A stretch of DNA of 64,000 nucleotides from Candidatus Latescibacterota bacterium (GTDB lineage Bacteria; Latescibacterota; UBA2968; GCA-2709665), in assembly GCA_965208835.1 (NCBI GenBank), contig OZ242358.1, positions 4,736,001-4,800,000 on the forward strand, in the 5' to 3' direction. The notes beneath the pieces were generated by a model. The model had not been told where the DNA came from. It saw only the letters and a list, made by a program, of their open reading frames with translations, and did not search any database. A program made the position numbers and the translations under genes. This document shows, piece by piece, positions 60,975 to 64,000 of the stretch (the stretch's first letter is position 1; every line of letters begins with the position of its first letter).

Positions 60975-62510
60975 TTACATCCAGAGATTCCGATCGAGGC
61001 TGCGGTACTGAATGGCCTCCCCGACGTGCTGAGGCTTGATTTCCTGTTCCTCTTCCAGGTCGGCGATGGTGCGGCTGACTTTCAGGATGCGGTCGTAGGC
61101 GCGCGCCGACAGGCCGAGTTTCGTAATTGCCATTTTGAGAAGCTCCTCGCCTTTACCGTCGATCTTGCAGTAATCACGGATTTCCGCGGGCCCCATATGC
61201 GCATTGCAGAACAGGTGTTGCTTCTCTCTGAAGCGGTGAAGTTGCACCTGGCGCGCCGCATTCACGCCTTCGCGAATCGCATCGGACGTTTCTCCGCCGG
61301 GCTCATCGGTCAATTCATTATAGTCGACCCCCGGAACTTCAATGTGAATGTCGATGCGATCCAGAAGTGGACCGGATATTCGGGACATATACCGCTGTAT
61401 GATCGGCGGAGAACACGTGCATTCGTTTCTGGGGTCGCCGAAGTATCCGCACGGGCAGGGATTCAGGGCGCAGGCGAGCATGAACTGTGCGGGATAGGTC
61501 AGAGAGACCATGGCCCGGGCAATCGTGACGAAGCCATCCTCGAGCGGTTGGCGCAGAACTTCCAGGACATGCTTCTTGAACTCGGGCAGCTCGTCCAGAA
61601 AGAGAACGCCATGGTGTGCAAGCGAGACCTCGCCCGGCCGCGGGTGGGGTCCGCCCCCGATCAGGCCGGCGTCCGAGATCGTGTGGTGAGGGGAACGAAA
61701 GGGCCGGATCGCCACCAGGGTGGTGTCCGGAGGCAACAGTCCGGCCACCGAGTGGATCTTGGTGGCTTCGATGGCTTCGTCCAGGGTCAGGTCGGGGAGA
61801 ATGGTGGGCAGACGGCGGGTGAGCATCGTTTTTCCGGAACCGGGCGGACCGATCATGATGATGTTGTGGCCGCCGCTGGCAGCCACTTCCAGCGCACGCT
61901 TGGCGTGAACCTGACCCCGGACGTCGCGGAAATCGACACGGTAGCTCAGCGCCTGGCTGAAGATCCGGTCGATATCAACCTCCAGCGAAGGTACGTCCCG
62001 GTAACCCTCGAGGAAGTCCAGCGTCTCCATCAGGTCGCCCACAGGATGCACGTCGATACCGCCCGCGATGGCCGCCTCGCGGGCGTTTTCGCGTGGGAGA
62101 ATCATGCCCTTGTAACCGGCCTGGCGGGTCTCCACGGCCATCGGCAGGACGCCCCGGACGGGCCGCACGGCTCCGTCGAGTGCCAACTCGCCGAGGACGA
62201 TGTATTGCGAAAGGGTCTCGGGCGAGATGTCTCCGGAAGCGGCCAGGATGCCCACGGCAATGGGCAGGTCAAAGGCCGATCCTTCCTTTCGGATATCGGC
62301 CGGCGCGAGATTGACGGTTACGCGGCGGTTCGGAAAGATCCTGCCGGAGTTCTTTATTGCGGCGGTTACGCGATCCCGGCTTTCCTTGACGGCGTTATCC
62401 GGCAGACCGACCACCGAGAATGCGGGAAGCTGATAATCCAGATCGGTCTCAATTCGCACGACATAGGCGTCGATTCCCAGGGTAGCGCAACTCAGCACTC
62501 GGGACATCAT
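60975..62510 (-). CDS. comM: YifB/ComM Mg-chelatase-like AAA+ ATPase
   Basis: [47 protein letters not shown]. Confidence 0.92.
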   Translation of the reverse strand: MMSRVLSCATLGIDAYVVRIETDLDYQLPAFSVVGLPDNAVKESRDRVTAAIKNSGRIFPNRRVTVNLAPADIRKEGSAFDLPIAVGILAASGDISPETLSQYIVLGELALDGAVRPVRGVLPMAVETRQAGYKGMILPRENAREAAIAGGIDVHPVGDLMETLDFLEGYRDVPSLEVDIDRIFSQALSYRVDFRDVRGQVHAKRALEVAASGGHNIIMIGPPGSGKTMLTRRLPTILPDLTLDEAIEATKIHSVAGLLPPDTTLVAIRPFRSPHHTISDAGLIGGGPHPRPGEVSLAHHGVLFLDELPEFKKHVLEVLRQPLEDGFVTIARAMVSLTYPAQFMLACALNPCPCGYFGDPRNECTCSPPIIQRYMSRISGPLLDRIDIHIEVPGVDYNELTDEPGGETSDAIREGVNAARQVQLHRFREKQHLFCNAHMGPAEIRDYCKIDGKGEELLKMAITKLGLSARAYDRILKVSRTIADLEEEQEIKPQHVGEAIQYRSLDRNLWM

Positions 62511-62612
62511 ACAGGCCTCCTTGGAGCCGGTCAGGTACGCGACTGAACTCCGCGGAAGCGTGCTGTTCTGCAGGGAGTCCGGTGTTGGTAAATTCCGACG
62601 TCCTCTGATTAC

Positions 62613-62628
62613 GCAAAGGGTATGCCAG
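62613..62628 (-). promoter_or_regulatory. sigma54 (-24/-12) promoter upstream of comM
   Basis: CTGGCATACCCTTTGC = TGGC-N7-TTGC, about 100 nt upstream of the start. Confidence 0.6.
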
Positions 62629-62775
62629 AGGAAGGGGATGCACCTAACTTGTTGTCCGGAAAAGAGATAGGCCTGGCGGAAGACGTGAAGGAGGGAATTG
62701 CGGGAAAGGGATTTTCAAATTTCGCCGAATGGACTGAACGATATGGCGATCGGGCTGGCGGTTCCGGACCGACCA

Positions 62776-63954
62776 CTAAAGGGGCTGGTCCGGGTCTGCG
62801 TCGGCCGCGTAGTCAACCGTAGGGAGGCCGAAGCCGAAGAGCTTGAGGAATTCCGCGCGAAAAACCTGCACGTCGGATACCGCTTCCAGGTTTTCGGTCG
62901 TCACGGACTGCCAGAGAGACTCGATGCGCGACTGCACGTCCTCCCTCAATTCCAGGTCATCGATGCGGATGCGCCCGCTCTCGTCTGTGGGTACCTGCGT
63001 TCCGGCATAGACTCGATCCTTCAGAAGCCGGTACATCTGTTCTATACAGCCTTCGTGGACGTTCTTCTCCTTCATGATTTTGTATAGCAGTGAGATGTAA
63101 AGGGATACCACCGGTACGGCCGCACTTGACTGGGTGACCACGGCCTTGTTTGCGGAGATGTAGGCGCGTCCGTTTCTCTTCCTCAGCCGCGCGTCCAGAT
63201 GCCGGGCCGTGGACTCGAGGTGGATCTTGGCTTTCCCGATTGTGCCGTCTCCGTAGACCGGCCGGGTCAGCTCCGGTCCGACATAGGTATACGCGACCGT
63301 GCGGACGCCCTCAGCAAGCACGTCTGCCGCTTCGAGAGCCTGAATCCACAGGTCCCAGTCTTCTCCCCCCATGACGGCGACGGTATCGTCGATCTCGTCC
63401 CCTGTGGCCGGTTCGATGGTGACCTCCGAGACGACGCCCGTGTGGATATCGACCGTCTTTCCCGTGTACGGTTCGCCCACGGTTTTCAATACCGAGGTGT
63501 ATTGCGCCCCGGTCCGGGGATGGGTGCGCCGCGGCGACGCCAGGCTGTAAACCACGAGATCGACAGTTCCCAGGTCTTCCCTGATGGCCGAGACAGTCTG
63601 TTCCTTGATTTCATCGCAAAACGCGTCGCCGTTGATGCTTTTTGAGTAATAGCCCGCGTCTTTTGCGGCTCTTTCGAAGGCAGCCGAATTGTACCATCCA
63701 GCCGATGCCGTGCGATTCCTCACGGCCGGCCTTTCAAAAAACACGCCCACGGTCCCGGCGGCGGCGCCGAAGCAGGCAGCGATTCGAGAGGCCAGCCCGT
63801 AGCCCGTCGAGGCGCCGACGACCAGCACATTCCGGATGCCTTTCAGGGGCGGCTGATTCCTTACCCAGTCGATCTGTTCCTGTACATTGTGTGCGCAGCC
63901 GACGGGGTGCGCCGTCGTACAGATGAATCCCCGGATTCTGGGTTTGATGATCAT
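62776..63954 (-). CDS. fabV: trans-2-enoyl-CoA/ACP reductase FabV
   Basis: MIIKPRIRGFICTTAHPVGC, GASTGYGLASRI, YSLASP, VMGGEDW, HEGCIEQ. Confidence 0.94.
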   Translation of the reverse strand: MIIKPRIRGFICTTAHPVGCAHNVQEQIDWVRNQPPLKGIRNVLVVGASTGYGLASRIAACFGAAAGTVGVFFERPAVRNRTASAGWYNSAAFERAAKDAGYYSKSINGDAFCDEIKEQTVSAIREDLGTVDLVVYSLASPRRTHPRTGAQYTSVLKTVGEPYTGKTVDIHTGVVSEVTIEPATGDEIDDTVAVMGGEDWDLWIQALEAADVLAEGVRTVAYTYVGPELTRPVYGDGTIGKAKIHLESTARHLDARLRKRNGRAYISANKAVVTQSSAAVPVVSLYISLLYKIMKEKNVHEGCIEQMYRLLKDRVYAGTQVPTDESGRIRIDDLELREDVQSRIESLWQSVTTENLEAVSDVQVFRAEFLKLFGFGLPTVDYAADADPDQPL

Positions 63955-64000
63955 CGGACCGTCCTTTCCGTGAATCGGGCCCTGTTCGCGGGCTCACTTT

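Overview
A ~60% GC bacterial chromosomal region made mostly of housekeeping genes. The 1076-aa SecA with helical inserts, the short SigA-like sigma factor and the TonB N-terminus suggest an FCB-superphylum lineage (inference). Contents: queD/queC, lgt, yidD, purH-like, acs, groES-groEL with a CIRCE, a long minus-strand run (S55 peptidase, beta-propeller protein, ribD-ribE-ribBA-ribH-nusB-secA-rhodanese), rlmH, a ~19 kb co-directional aromatic amino acid cluster (trpEGDCF-tyrS-aldolase-trpBA-CM-DAHPS-tyrA-aroA-like-aroE-ubiE-argS-aroK-aroB), then mnmA, comM and fabV. I saw no tRNA, rRNA, CRISPR array or transposase. Most notable unannotated signals: (1) a complete ribosome-mediated attenuator before trpE whose 35-aa leader peptide carries Trp, Phe and five Tyr codons; (2) a ~190-nt non-coding element present twice, 28 kb apart, upstream of unrelated genes; (3) a ~240-nt promoter/terminator-bounded sRNA candidate with anti-Shine-Dalgarno loops; (4) two apparent pseudoenzymes, an HtrA-like protein lacking its catalytic triad in an ECF sigma/anti-sigma operon and an AroA-like protein lacking most active-site residues; (5) two MITE families with target-site duplications; (6) ribD frameshifted at an A10 run. 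All calls come from reading motifs by eye; no database searches were run.
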